A stretch of 64,000 nt of DNA from Mobula hypostoma (lineage: Eukaryota), in the NCBI RefSeq assembly GCF_963921235.1, contig NC_086107.1, positions 96,164,001 to 96,228,000 of the forward strand, written 5' to 3'. The position numbers were made by a program, and so were the translations under genes. Shown piece by piece: positions 25,129 to 34,012 of the stretch (positions are counted from its first letter, which is position 1; every line of letters starts with the position of its first letter). A model generated the notes under the pieces. The model was not told where the DNA came from and did no database searches. It was given only the letters and a program-made list of their open reading frames with translations.

Positions 25129-26027
25129 ACCCCCATCCACCCTGGTAAAAAAAAGGTGGTGGGGGAGCAGGGGAGAAGACACTGTGTCCAATCATAGCCT
25201 GTGCAGACGCAAAGTCTGCAGCTTCTGGAGATGAAACAAACTCAATCCACTCAACAATTGTAATTGCACACACGTCAAAATAAAGGCACAGAGGTGTGAA
25301 TGGCTGCACTTCAGCCTTCGGCTTGGAGAGCACACCCATTGTTTCTCCTCAGGCACACCTGTAGCTGACATCCTCCTGTTCCCAAACTTGCCAGGAGGCT
25401 TTTCTGCCCGCGGACTTTGGCCACGTCCACAACCCTCGTACCGGTCTTGAGCGTTGCACGTGGCCTCTGCCTTTGTCGCCCGGCGCAGTCCCATCCGCTC
25501 GCTCCCTCCCGGAGAGGGCAGAGCCTCCGAAGGAGACCGTTCAGCTGGATGGATGCGCCGGCCAGCTAGGGCGCGCAAAGCCGAGAGGCGCGCTCTCTTT
25601 GCCGAGTGCAGGGACGCCCTTGAAGGGCCCAGCGGCCTGCTCCCACTCCCCCTGCAGACTCTTGTGCAGACAGGACAGCGTGACCAGCCTCCCATGACCA
25701 GGAGAGCAGTGCAAGTTGAGCCAGCCTCTGAGACCGACCTGGGAGCCGGCAGCCTTGACGTAGGCAGTGTGCCAGTGACGTAGGCGCCCATAAGTACGGC
25801 CCCACTCCCAGATGATTGGTGGATCACTAGCAGCTTTACATAGCCTCTGACAACTTGCACTCATGACGGACCAGGTAGGCAACAGCTGTCCAGCACACCC
25901 ACCCATCCCAGACAACCTAGGGGAGAGCTGCCAGCGGGCCAGGGCAGCAAGGTCTTTGCCAGGCCTCCTGCTTCAATCTAAACACCAGAGGCTAGGCAGG
26001 ATGTAGCCGACTCAAGCGTATGCCTGC

Positions 26028-26215
26028 ATCGCTTCTCGGCCTTTTGGCTAAGATCAAGTGTAGTATCTGTTCTTATCAGTTTAATATCTGATACGTCCCT
26101 TATCTGGGGACCATATATTAAATTGATTTTTGGAACAGGGAGATGGAATAGGGGCTTGCTCCGTCCACTCCACGCATCGACCCGGTATTGCAGTGCCTCT
26201 GGGAACGGTGCACTC
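26028..26215 (+). ncRNA. RNU2: U2 snRNA (intact)
   Basis: Same sequence as 6738-6925. Confidence 0.98.
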
Positions 26216-27828
26216 CCCTTCTGGGGAATTTCAAAGTAGCAAAGAAAAGGAAAACGACGAAAGCTCCATCAGGCACAGCAGCACAGACAAGCATGCACGC
26301 ACATGGAGAGAGAGGAGAGAGCTAGCTGCTTGCTCTACACTTCTCCTGTGTCTGTGTCTGTCTGTCGATACAGCTCACTCACTCACTCACGCCATGGGCA
26401 GACAACTCAACAACAGCACGAGCATCATATATCTGGGCCATTTGATCAAGCCATTTGATGGCTAAGATCAAGTGCACATCCAGGCTGCAACCAGATCAGG
26501 TGCTGCAGGCAAGGCAGCAACTTCATGAGAGATGCCCCTTGGCATTCATTCCTGAAGCAAACTGCTCAACCGGCACACTCATTCTGATGCCTGCTCACTC
26601 GGCAGCTGCCTGCACCAAGCACAGAAGCAGAGTGAAGCGGAGCGGGCCGAAAGGCCTTTTCTGTCCCGCCACGCTCGCTCCACTTCTCAGGCTCAGGCTT
26701 CTCAGCTGCTCCTTGAAGCCAACGGAGGACGGGACGGACGGACGGACGGGCGGGCGAACGAACGAACGAACGAACGAACGAACGAACGAGGCGAATGAAC
26801 GAATGATTTCACCAGCAGCCAGCCTGTCGGACAGGCAGGCTCGTTCAAGTGTGCCAGCAGCCAGGGCTCGTGGACGAGAGGAAGGAAGGGAGGCATCCGA
26901 TGGAGCCCGGCCACAGAGCAACGGGGCCCGGTGCTGCATCCTCCCCGCCTGCACCAGACTGCCAAGACTGCTGCTCTCCTGCCCAGACAGACAGACAGAC
27001 AGACAGACCAGCTACAAGCATCACCACCTAGCCATAGCACCAGCAAAACTCTGCCTACCTGCCCTGGCCTGGCCTGGCCTCCTCTGCTCTGCCCGACCCG
27101 ACCCGACTCGACTCACAAATCTCCATTGTGATGCGTCTGCCTGCCCCTGCCCCAGCCCCAAAGCCCCGCCCACCGTTCGAGGCAAGGCAGAGGCACAACC
27201 CCCCACTCAGACCTCCCCAATATACATTGGCAGTGCAGTGCATCTCCAGCCTCGCTCAAAATCACGTCCCAAACCCCAAAATCACTCAAACCTCTCATGC
27301 TTACACGTACCTACTCGGCGTCCAGCTTTGGCGCACGTCTCCACAAGTGCCACATCCATCCACGTGCCCCTGCTTCACGCACAGCACAGCACTGTGCCTC
27401 CCTCCGGCAGGCATTTCGCCGATCCATTTCCTGTTTCACAACCAAGGCATAATCAGTACCCCTTTCCTTCCACAGCACAGCGCGCACACGCGCCCGCCCA
27501 CTCCGCCACCGAGCCATGCCGGCCAAAAACGCACCTGCACAGCAGTGGGGCACAGGGCCGCCGTCAGCCCGCCACACATTTCCCTCCTTCCCTCCTATTT
27601 CTACATCCGTGCACCCACCCCGCTGCAAAACCAGTCAGTCTGCTCAGGCGTCAGCACAGAGGCATAGTGAAGGGCCTCGGCCCTTCTCCCTTTACTGCCC
27701 TCTGTACATGTGACCAGAGCTTGGCAGATCCCTCAGCACTCCGTGTGCACGTGTGTCTGTGACTCTGTGTCTCTGTGAGATTGAGTGAGTGAGTGAGTGA
27801 GTCAGTGAGAGAGAGAGACAGACAGACA

Positions 27829-27889
<61 letters not shown>

Positions 27890-28788
27890 ACCCCCATCCA
27901 CCCTGGTAAAAAAAAGGTGGTGGGGGAGCAGGGGAGAAGACACTGTGTCCAATCATAGCCTGTGCAGACGCAAAGTCTGCAGCTTCTGGAGATGAAACAA
28001 ACTCAATCCACTCAACAATTGTAATTGCACACACGTCAAAATAAAGGCACAGAGGTGTGAATGGCTGCACTTCAGCCTTCGGCTTGGAGAGCACACCCAT
28101 TGTTTCTCCTCAGGCACACCTGTAGCTGACATCCTCCTGTTCCCAAACTTGCCAGGAGGCTTTTCTGCCCGCGGACTTTGGCCACGTCCACAACCCTCGT
28201 ACCGGTCTTGAGCGTTGCACGTGGCCTCTGCCTTTGTCGCCCGGCGCAGTCCCATCCGCTCGCTCCCTCCCGGAGAGGGCAGAGCCTCCGAAGGAGACCG
28301 TTCAGCTGGATGGATGCGCCGGCCAGCTAGGGCGCGCAAAGCCGAGAGGCGCGCTCTCTTTGCCGAGTGCAGGGACGCCCTTGAAGGGCCCAGCGGCCTG
28401 CTCCCACTCCCCCTGCAGACTCTTGTGCAGACAGGACAGCGTGACCAGCCTCCCATGACCAGGAGAGCAGTGCAAGTTGAGCCAGCCTCTGAGACCGACC
28501 TGGGAGCCGGCAGCCTTGACGTAGGCAGTGTGCCAGTGACGTAGGCGCCCATAAGTACGGCCCCACTCCCAGATGATTGGTGGATCACTAGCAGCTTTAC
28601 ATAGCCTCTGACAACTTGCACTCATGACGGACCAGGTAGGCAACAGCTGTCCAGCACACCCACCCATCCCAGACAACCTAGGGGAGAGCTGCCAGCGGGC
28701 CAGGGCAGCAAGGTCTTTGCCAGGCCTCCTGCTTCAATCTAAACACCAGAGGCTAGGCAGGATGTAGCCGACTCAAGCGTATGCCTGC

Positions 28789-28840
28789 ATCGCTTCTCGG
28801 CCTTTTGGCTAAGATCAAGTGTAGTATCTGTTCTTATCAG
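28789..28840 (+). pseudogene. RNU2: U2 snRNA 5' portion (nt 1-52), disrupted by copies B+C
   Basis: U2 5' sequence ends at ...TTATCAG and switches to the element 5' end ACCAGAAGG. Confidence 0.95.
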
Positions 28841-28945
28841 ACCAGAAGGCGGAGGTGAAGAGTTCGCGCTGACGCAGGGGTGGATCCTAATGCTGATTGG
28901 CCTCCAATCTAACACCCCATACCAGCGACGACAGCAGTGAGGAAG

Positions 28946-30373
28946 ATGGCAGCAGCGAGCAGTGCATCGGCTCGAGGCCAAGGTATCAAGAACACTGTCA
29001 GGCTGACAGTGCGAGACCGGAACGGGGGCACCGGCTTCACCCGAGAGACCTTCATCCGGAAGGTCTTGATGGAATGCTGCGGATTTACGCCTGACGACAT
29101 CTACTGCGTCCAGGACTTTGCAGGTTTTTTCGACGTGACTTTCCGGCAGGCTGCAGGGTGGCAGAAGCTGTACCAGCAGCTTCAGCTGAAGGGGACAGAG
29201 GCGCCGCTGTCGCTGTTGAAAGCACAGGCCCTCTTTGCCACGGCTACCCAGCAGGAACGGACAATCACGGTGCACATGTTCAACCCGCACGTGCCATTGG
29301 TAGATGTCCTTACATTCCTCGCTCGGTATGTGGAGAGCGTAGGAACGCCAGCAGACGTGAAGGACGGACTGGGAATCTGGACCAGCAAACGGCAGGTCAA
29401 GGTGAAGCTGAGGTTGGACTCCAACGGCGGCGTCATCCACCCCCCCTCCGTCTTCGCCATCGGAGGGAACCGAGGGTACACGGTGTACGCGGGGCAACCC
29501 AGGGTGTGCCGAAACTGCGGCAAGGCAGGGCACATCGCAGCCCAGTGCAGGGTGGTGATGTGCAAGAACTGCAAAACTGAAGGCCACCTGACCAAAGACT
29601 GCACGCAGGCCAAGTCCTGCAACCTTTGTGGACAAGACGGCCACCTGTACAGAGCCTGCCCGAGGCGTGGGGGCACCTACGCACAGGCAACCAGGGGTGG
29701 TGCTGGTCCTGAAAGGGCCCAGGCAGTTTCGGACGCCCCTGCCAGCACTGCCGAAGAGGCACCCGACAGGGCGGACGATGAGACCAGGGAGGAAGGGGCA
29801 AGCACCCCGAGACCTGCCACCCCACTGCAGACCCTCCAGGACCAAGCAAATGACGAGCAGGAGTCCATGGAGGAAGGGACAGCTGAGGTGGAAACGGAAT
29901 GGAAGGTCGTGAAACGGAAAAAGACCCAAAAGGCGGCGGCCAAGCGACAGAAGGCGGAGCAACGCAAGAAAAGGGCAGGGAACCACACAGCCTCTGGTAC
30001 CCTGTCCTCTTCAGAGGAGGAAGGAGTTGGGGGAGGCCAGCAGCCCCAGCGGAAGAAGCGGCTGGCAGAACAGGTGGAGAGGAGGAGAGAGGAGGGGGAA
30101 AGTCTGCTGGCCACCCCCCAAGTACAGGAGGCGGAGAGCAGCAGACACACCGAGCTCCGGGAATCCGGGAGCAGAGCCACGGTTGGCACCCAGCAGCCGG
30201 AAGGGGAAGCAGCCCAGGAAGCCAACAACCCCCCGGGCCCAGAACCAGAACGGCCACACACGGAGGAGTACTACCAGCAGTACCTGAGCCCACAGGAGGT
30301 GGAAAACTTCACAAAGGCGGTGGGAATGAAGGCTCAGGATGGCAAGGATGAGGACGGAGTGCAGCCAAAATAA
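28946..30373 (+). CDS. ORF1: nucleic-acid-binding protein with 3 CCHC zinc knuckles (copy B)
   Basis: CRNCGKAGHIAAQC, CKNCKTEGHLTKDC and CNLCGQDGHLYRAC knuckles; basic NLS-like and acidic low-complexity C-terminus; first ATG in good Kozak context (aagATGG). Confidence 0.95.
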   Translation: MAAASSASARGQGIKNTVRLTVRDRNGGTGFTRETFIRKVLMECCGFTPDDIYCVQDFAGFFDVTFRQAAGWQKLYQQLQLKGTEAPLSLLKAQALFATATQQERTITVHMFNPHVPLVDVLTFLARYVESVGTPADVKDGLGIWTSKRQVKVKLRLDSNGGVIHPPSVFAIGGNRGYTVYAGQPRVCRNCGKAGHIAAQCRVVMCKNCKTEGHLTKDCTQAKSCNLCGQDGHLYRACPRRGGTYAQATRGGAGPERAQAVSDAPASTAEEAPDRADDETREEGASTPRPATPLQTLQDQANDEQESMEEGTAEVETEWKVVKRKKTQKAAAKRQKAEQRKKRAGNHTASGTLSSSEEEGVGGGQQPQRKKRLAEQVERRREEGESLLATPQVQEAESSRHTELRESGSRATVGTQQPEGEAAQEANNPPGPEPERPHTEEYYQQYLSPQEVENFTKAVGMKAQDGKDEDGVQPK

Positions 30374-30383
30374 GAGACCTACA

Positions 30384-33300
30384 ATGATGGCAGACCTTAA
30401 ATTGGCGTGCTTGAATGTGCGAAGTTTGAAGAGTACTGGGCGATGCGTCAGCACGCTCCAGTACCTGGACACTGTAAAGACCGACGTGACCTTCCTCCAG
30501 GAGTGCGGACTACCACATCTCCGTAACTACCGGAGGTGGTCACGGTGGTGGAAAAAAGGTTTGTCTGTGTGGTCGGGGGGCAACGATTGTCGCGCTTCCG
30601 GCCTGGGGATTCTGCTACGGGGAGGTAACTTCTCAATCACCCAAGTTAAAGAGGTGGTTGCGGGGCGCCTCCTGGTAGCAGACGTCAAATACCGGGGCAC
30701 TCCGCTCCGGCTGATCAACGTGTACGCCTCCCCCGTTCGGAGCGAGCGGCTGGCCGTCTTCGAGCAGCTCCCACAGCTGCTGGTGACGTCCCAGCCGGTC
30801 GTTCTGGCCGGAGACTTCAACTGCACCATTGATGCGGCTGGAGGACCCGGCAGCGCCGACGGCAGGCTGGACAGTACCTCCAGACTCCTGAGGGAAATAG
30901 TAAAGACGGCCAAGCTGCGCGACGCCTTTGGCACCCCCACAGGTGGAGCACAGCCGCAAGCCACCTGGACACGGTCGGACGGCTCAGCCCGCTCCCGGAT
31001 CGACTTCCTCTTCCTGTCAGAGCCCCTCACGGTCAGGTCCACCGACGTCACGCCGGTGTTCTTCTCTGACCACTGCCTTCTGAGAGCCACCTGTCGCTTA
31101 CGGGAGGACCAGAAGGCAGGCAGGGGGACGTGGAAGCTGAATGTTAAGCTGCTGACCCCAGAGAACATCGAGGAACTAGAGAGGGAGTACACAGGTTGGA
31201 GAACCTTGAAAGCCTTCTTTGATTCCCCGGTTCACTGGTGGGAAGCCACCAAAGAGAACATTAAGAGGTTCTTCATCCGCAAGGGTATCCAGAAGGCAAG
31301 GCAGGAGCAGAGGGAACTGCGTAAACTCCAGACAGAGTTGCAGCAACTTCTCCTTCTGCAGTCGAAGGGGGTGGATGTCAGGGAGGAATTGCGAGAGGTG
31401 AAGGGCCGGCAAGCCCATAACCTCGCCGCCGAATCCTCCAAGATCATCTTCCGATCAAGGGTCCAAACCGTGGAGCAGGACGAGACGTGCTCACGCTTCT
31501 TCTTCCAAAAGGTGCACAGGGGGAGCTCTGTGATCCACAACCTTAAGGAAGAGGACGGCTCAGTCGCGTCCTCGCAGACCGACATACTGAGGATCTGCAA
31601 GTCCTTCTATGCCGGTCTGTACGACGAAAAGGCCACAGAATCCACAGCCTCCCGCAACTTCCTGTCGTCTATCACGCAGGTCTTAGACGGCGGCAAGCGG
31701 GAGAGTCTGGATCAGCCACTGACCCTGGACGAGCTGACAGGCTCCATCCGTTCCTTTGGGTCGGGTAAGACTCCCGGAAGCGACGGCTTACCGGCTGAGT
31801 TGTACTCGGCTCTGTGGAACTGGATAGGCCCAGACCTGCTGGAAGTGTACAATGCTATGCTTCTGGCCGGCAGGATGTCTGAGTCCATGAGGAAGGGCAT
31901 CATCACCCTCATCTACAAGCAGAAGGGGGAAAGAGAGGACATTAGAAATTGGAGACCCATCTCTCTCCTGAATGTGGACTACAAGATCCTGTCCAAGGCT
32001 ATCGCCAACAGGGTCAAGTCTGCTCTGGGACAGGTGATCCACCCAGACCAAACCTGTGCTGTACCAGGCAGGAAGATCTCAGACAGCCTCGCGCTGCTGA
32101 GGGACACCATCGCCTACGTGCAGGACAGGAGGGTGGACGCCTGCCTGGTCAGCTTGGACCAGGAGAAAGCCTTCGACAGGATATCGCACACGTACATGGC
32201 GGACGTGCTCTCCAAAATGGGATTTGGGGAGGGAATCCGGAATTGGATCAGACTGCTCTACACAGACATCCGTAGTGCAGTCCAGGTCAACGGGTGGGAA
32301 ACAGACAGCTTCCCCATCAGGTCTGGAGTCAGGCAGGGCTGTCCCCTCTCCCCTGTCTTGTTTGTCTGCTGCATAGAACCCTTTGCGGAAGCCATTAGGA
32401 GGGATGAGGGCATAAGAGGGGTGACGCTGCCAGGCAGTGGAGGGACCCAAGTGAAAACCTCCCTGTACATGGACGACGTCACCGTCTTCTGCTCTGATCC
32501 GAGGTCAGTTCGCAGGTTGATTGGCACCTGCGAACAGTTCGAGCTAGCGTCGGGGGCCAGGGTCAACCGCACGAAGAGCGAAGCCATGCTCTTCGGCAAC
32601 TGGCCCGACCGATCCAGCGTCCCCTTCAACATCAGGTCTGACCACGTGAAGGTGTTGGGGATATGGTTCGGAGGGGCGGAGGCGTGCAACAAGAACTGGC
32701 AGGAGCGGACTGCCAAGGTGAAACAGAAACTGGGACTGTGGGGAGGGCGCTCCCTGTCGATAACGGGCAAGAACCTGGTCATCAGGTGTGAGGTGCTCTC
32801 AGGGCTGCTGTACTTGGCGCAGGTCTGGCCCGTCCCCCGCTCCTACAGCTCGGAAATCACCCGGGCTGTCTTCAGATTCGTCTGGGGATCCAAGATGGAG
32901 CGGGTGGGACGGACCGCCATGCACAAGTCCCTGGACAACGGGGGCAAGAACGTCCCCAATGTCGCCCTCACCCTGATGGCCAGCTTCGTATGTGGCTGCA
33001 TCAGGTTGTGTGTAGAGCCCAGGTATGTGGGCACCAAGTACCGCTACGTGCCCAGGTTCTACTTGTCGCCCTGGCTACGAAGGATGGGTCTGGCCCCACT
33101 CCCGCGCAACGCCCCAGTCAGCTGGTCGTTGCCGGCATACCTGTCCTACGTAGCAAAGTTCTTCCAGGAGAACGCCTTTGACCACAGGGCCATCAGGCAG
33201 TGGTCGGCACGTAGTGTCCTGCAGGCACTGCAGGAGAAGGACGTGATGGACACAGTGGGGTGGTTCCCGGAGCAGACTGTCCAGTTCATCTGGCAAAATG

Positions 33301-33797
33301 CCTCATCGCCAGATCTAACCAACAGGCACCAAGACCTCGCCTGGCTGGCGGTGAGAGGGGCCCTCCCAGTCAGAGCCCTCCTGTACGCCCGGAACGTCGT
33401 CTCCGCACCCCATTGCCCACGGGAGGACTGCAGTGAGGAGGAGTCTGTGACCCACCTCTTTGCACACTGCCAGTTCGCAAAGAGGGTGTGGAGGAGGATG
33501 GATGGGCTAGTGTCACGGTTTATCCCCAGCAGCTGCGTAACAGAGGACTCTCTGATCTACGGGCTGTTCCCGGGGACACACACGGAGACCAACGTCCGGT
33601 GCTGCTGGCAGATCATCAACTCGGTGAAAGATGCTATTTGGTCGGCCCGTAACTTGATGATCTACCAGCACATGGAGATGTCCGTGGGAGAATGCTGCCG
33701 ACTGGCACATTCTCGACTGCAGGAGTACGTGCTGAGGGATGCACTGAAACTTGGTGCAGCCACCGCAAGGGCCCGGTGGGGAAGGACCACATTATAG
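30384..33797 (+). CDS. ORF2: APE endonuclease-reverse transcriptase (copy B)
   Basis: Intact, same motifs as copy A; frame open from 30339. Confidence 0.95.
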   Translation: MMADLKLACLNVRSLKSTGRCVSTLQYLDTVKTDVTFLQECGLPHLRNYRRWSRWWKKGLSVWSGGNDCRASGLGILLRGGNFSITQVKEVVAGRLLVADVKYRGTPLRLINVYASPVRSERLAVFEQLPQLLVTSQPVVLAGDFNCTIDAAGGPGSADGRLDSTSRLLREIVKTAKLRDAFGTPTGGAQPQATWTRSDGSARSRIDFLFLSEPLTVRSTDVTPVFFSDHCLLRATCRLREDQKAGRGTWKLNVKLLTPENIEELEREYTGWRTLKAFFDSPVHWWEATKENIKRFFIRKGIQKARQEQRELRKLQTELQQLLLLQSKGVDVREELREVKGRQAHNLAAESSKIIFRSRVQTVEQDETCSRFFFQKVHRGSSVIHNLKEEDGSVASSQTDILRICKSFYAGLYDEKATESTASRNFLSSITQVLDGGKRESLDQPLTLDELTGSIRSFGSGKTPGSDGLPAELYSALWNWIGPDLLEVYNAMLLAGRMSESMRKGIITLIYKQKGEREDIRNWRPISLLNVDYKILSKAIANRVKSALGQVIHPDQTCAVPGRKISDSLALLRDTIAYVQDRRVDACLVSLDQEKAFDRISHTYMADVLSKMGFGEGIRNWIRLLYTDIRSAVQVNGWETDSFPIRSGVRQGCPLSPVLFVCCIEPFAEAIRRDEGIRGVTLPGSGGTQVKTSLYMDDVTVFCSDPRSVRRLIGTCEQFELASGARVNRTKSEAMLFGNWPDRSSVPFNIRSDHVKVLGIWFGGAEACNKNWQERTAKVKQKLGLWGGRSLSITGKNLVIRCEVLSGLLYLAQVWPVPRSYSSEITRAVFRFVWGSKMERVGRTAMHKSLDNGGKNVPNVALTLMASFVCGCIRLCVEPRYVGTKYRYVPRFYLSPWLRRMGLAPLPRNAPVSWSLPAYLSYVAKFFQENAFDHRAIRQWSARSVLQALQEKDVMDTVGWFPEQTVQFIWQNASSPDLTNRHQDLAWLAVRGALPVRALLYARNVVSAPHCPREDCSEEESVTHLFAHCQFAKRVWRRMDGLVSRFIPSSCVTEDSLIYGLFPGTHTETNVRCCWQIINSVKDAIWSARNLMIYQHMEMSVGECCRLAHSRLQEYVLRDALKLGAATARARWGRTTL

Positions 33798-34012
33798 GTT
33801 TCTCCACCCGTGGGAGTGGGAGGGGTCGGAGGGCGGGGAGTATACCCCTCAACAATGAAATGATGTGGTATAAATACGGATATGTACTGTGTATAATGCA
33901 AACGTATGTAAAGGATGAAAAGTTATTGAATGGTTTATTGTATATATTTATTTTTGAATAAAGTATATTTTGAAATTAAAAAAAAAAAAAAAAAAAAATC
34001 TGTTCTTATCAG

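Larger units (their letters stand above)
28841..33997 (+). mobile_element. Full-length Tx1/Keno-like non-LTR retrotransposon copy B
   Basis: 105-nt 5'UTR, ORF1, ORF2, 3'UTR and poly(A), flanked by the TSD ATCTGTTCTTATCAG (28826-28840 and 33998-34012). Confidence 0.97.

Noticed and set aside
3987..28840. CRISPR-like or prokaryotic array interpretation
   Set aside because: Units are 2.75 kb and near-identical with no unique spacers; the content is a eukaryotic snRNA gene
28739..29986. 415-aa antisense ORF over ORF1 and U2 (506 aa at 51691-53211)
   Set aside because: Shadow frame of a GC-rich coding sequence with no motif; its end depends on the flanking context
28841..33997. Assignment to Utopia/NeSL or R2 (RLE-type) elements
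   Set aside because: The element has two ORFs and an N-terminal APE endonuclease, with no C-terminal PD-(D/E)XK domain, which fits L1/Tx1
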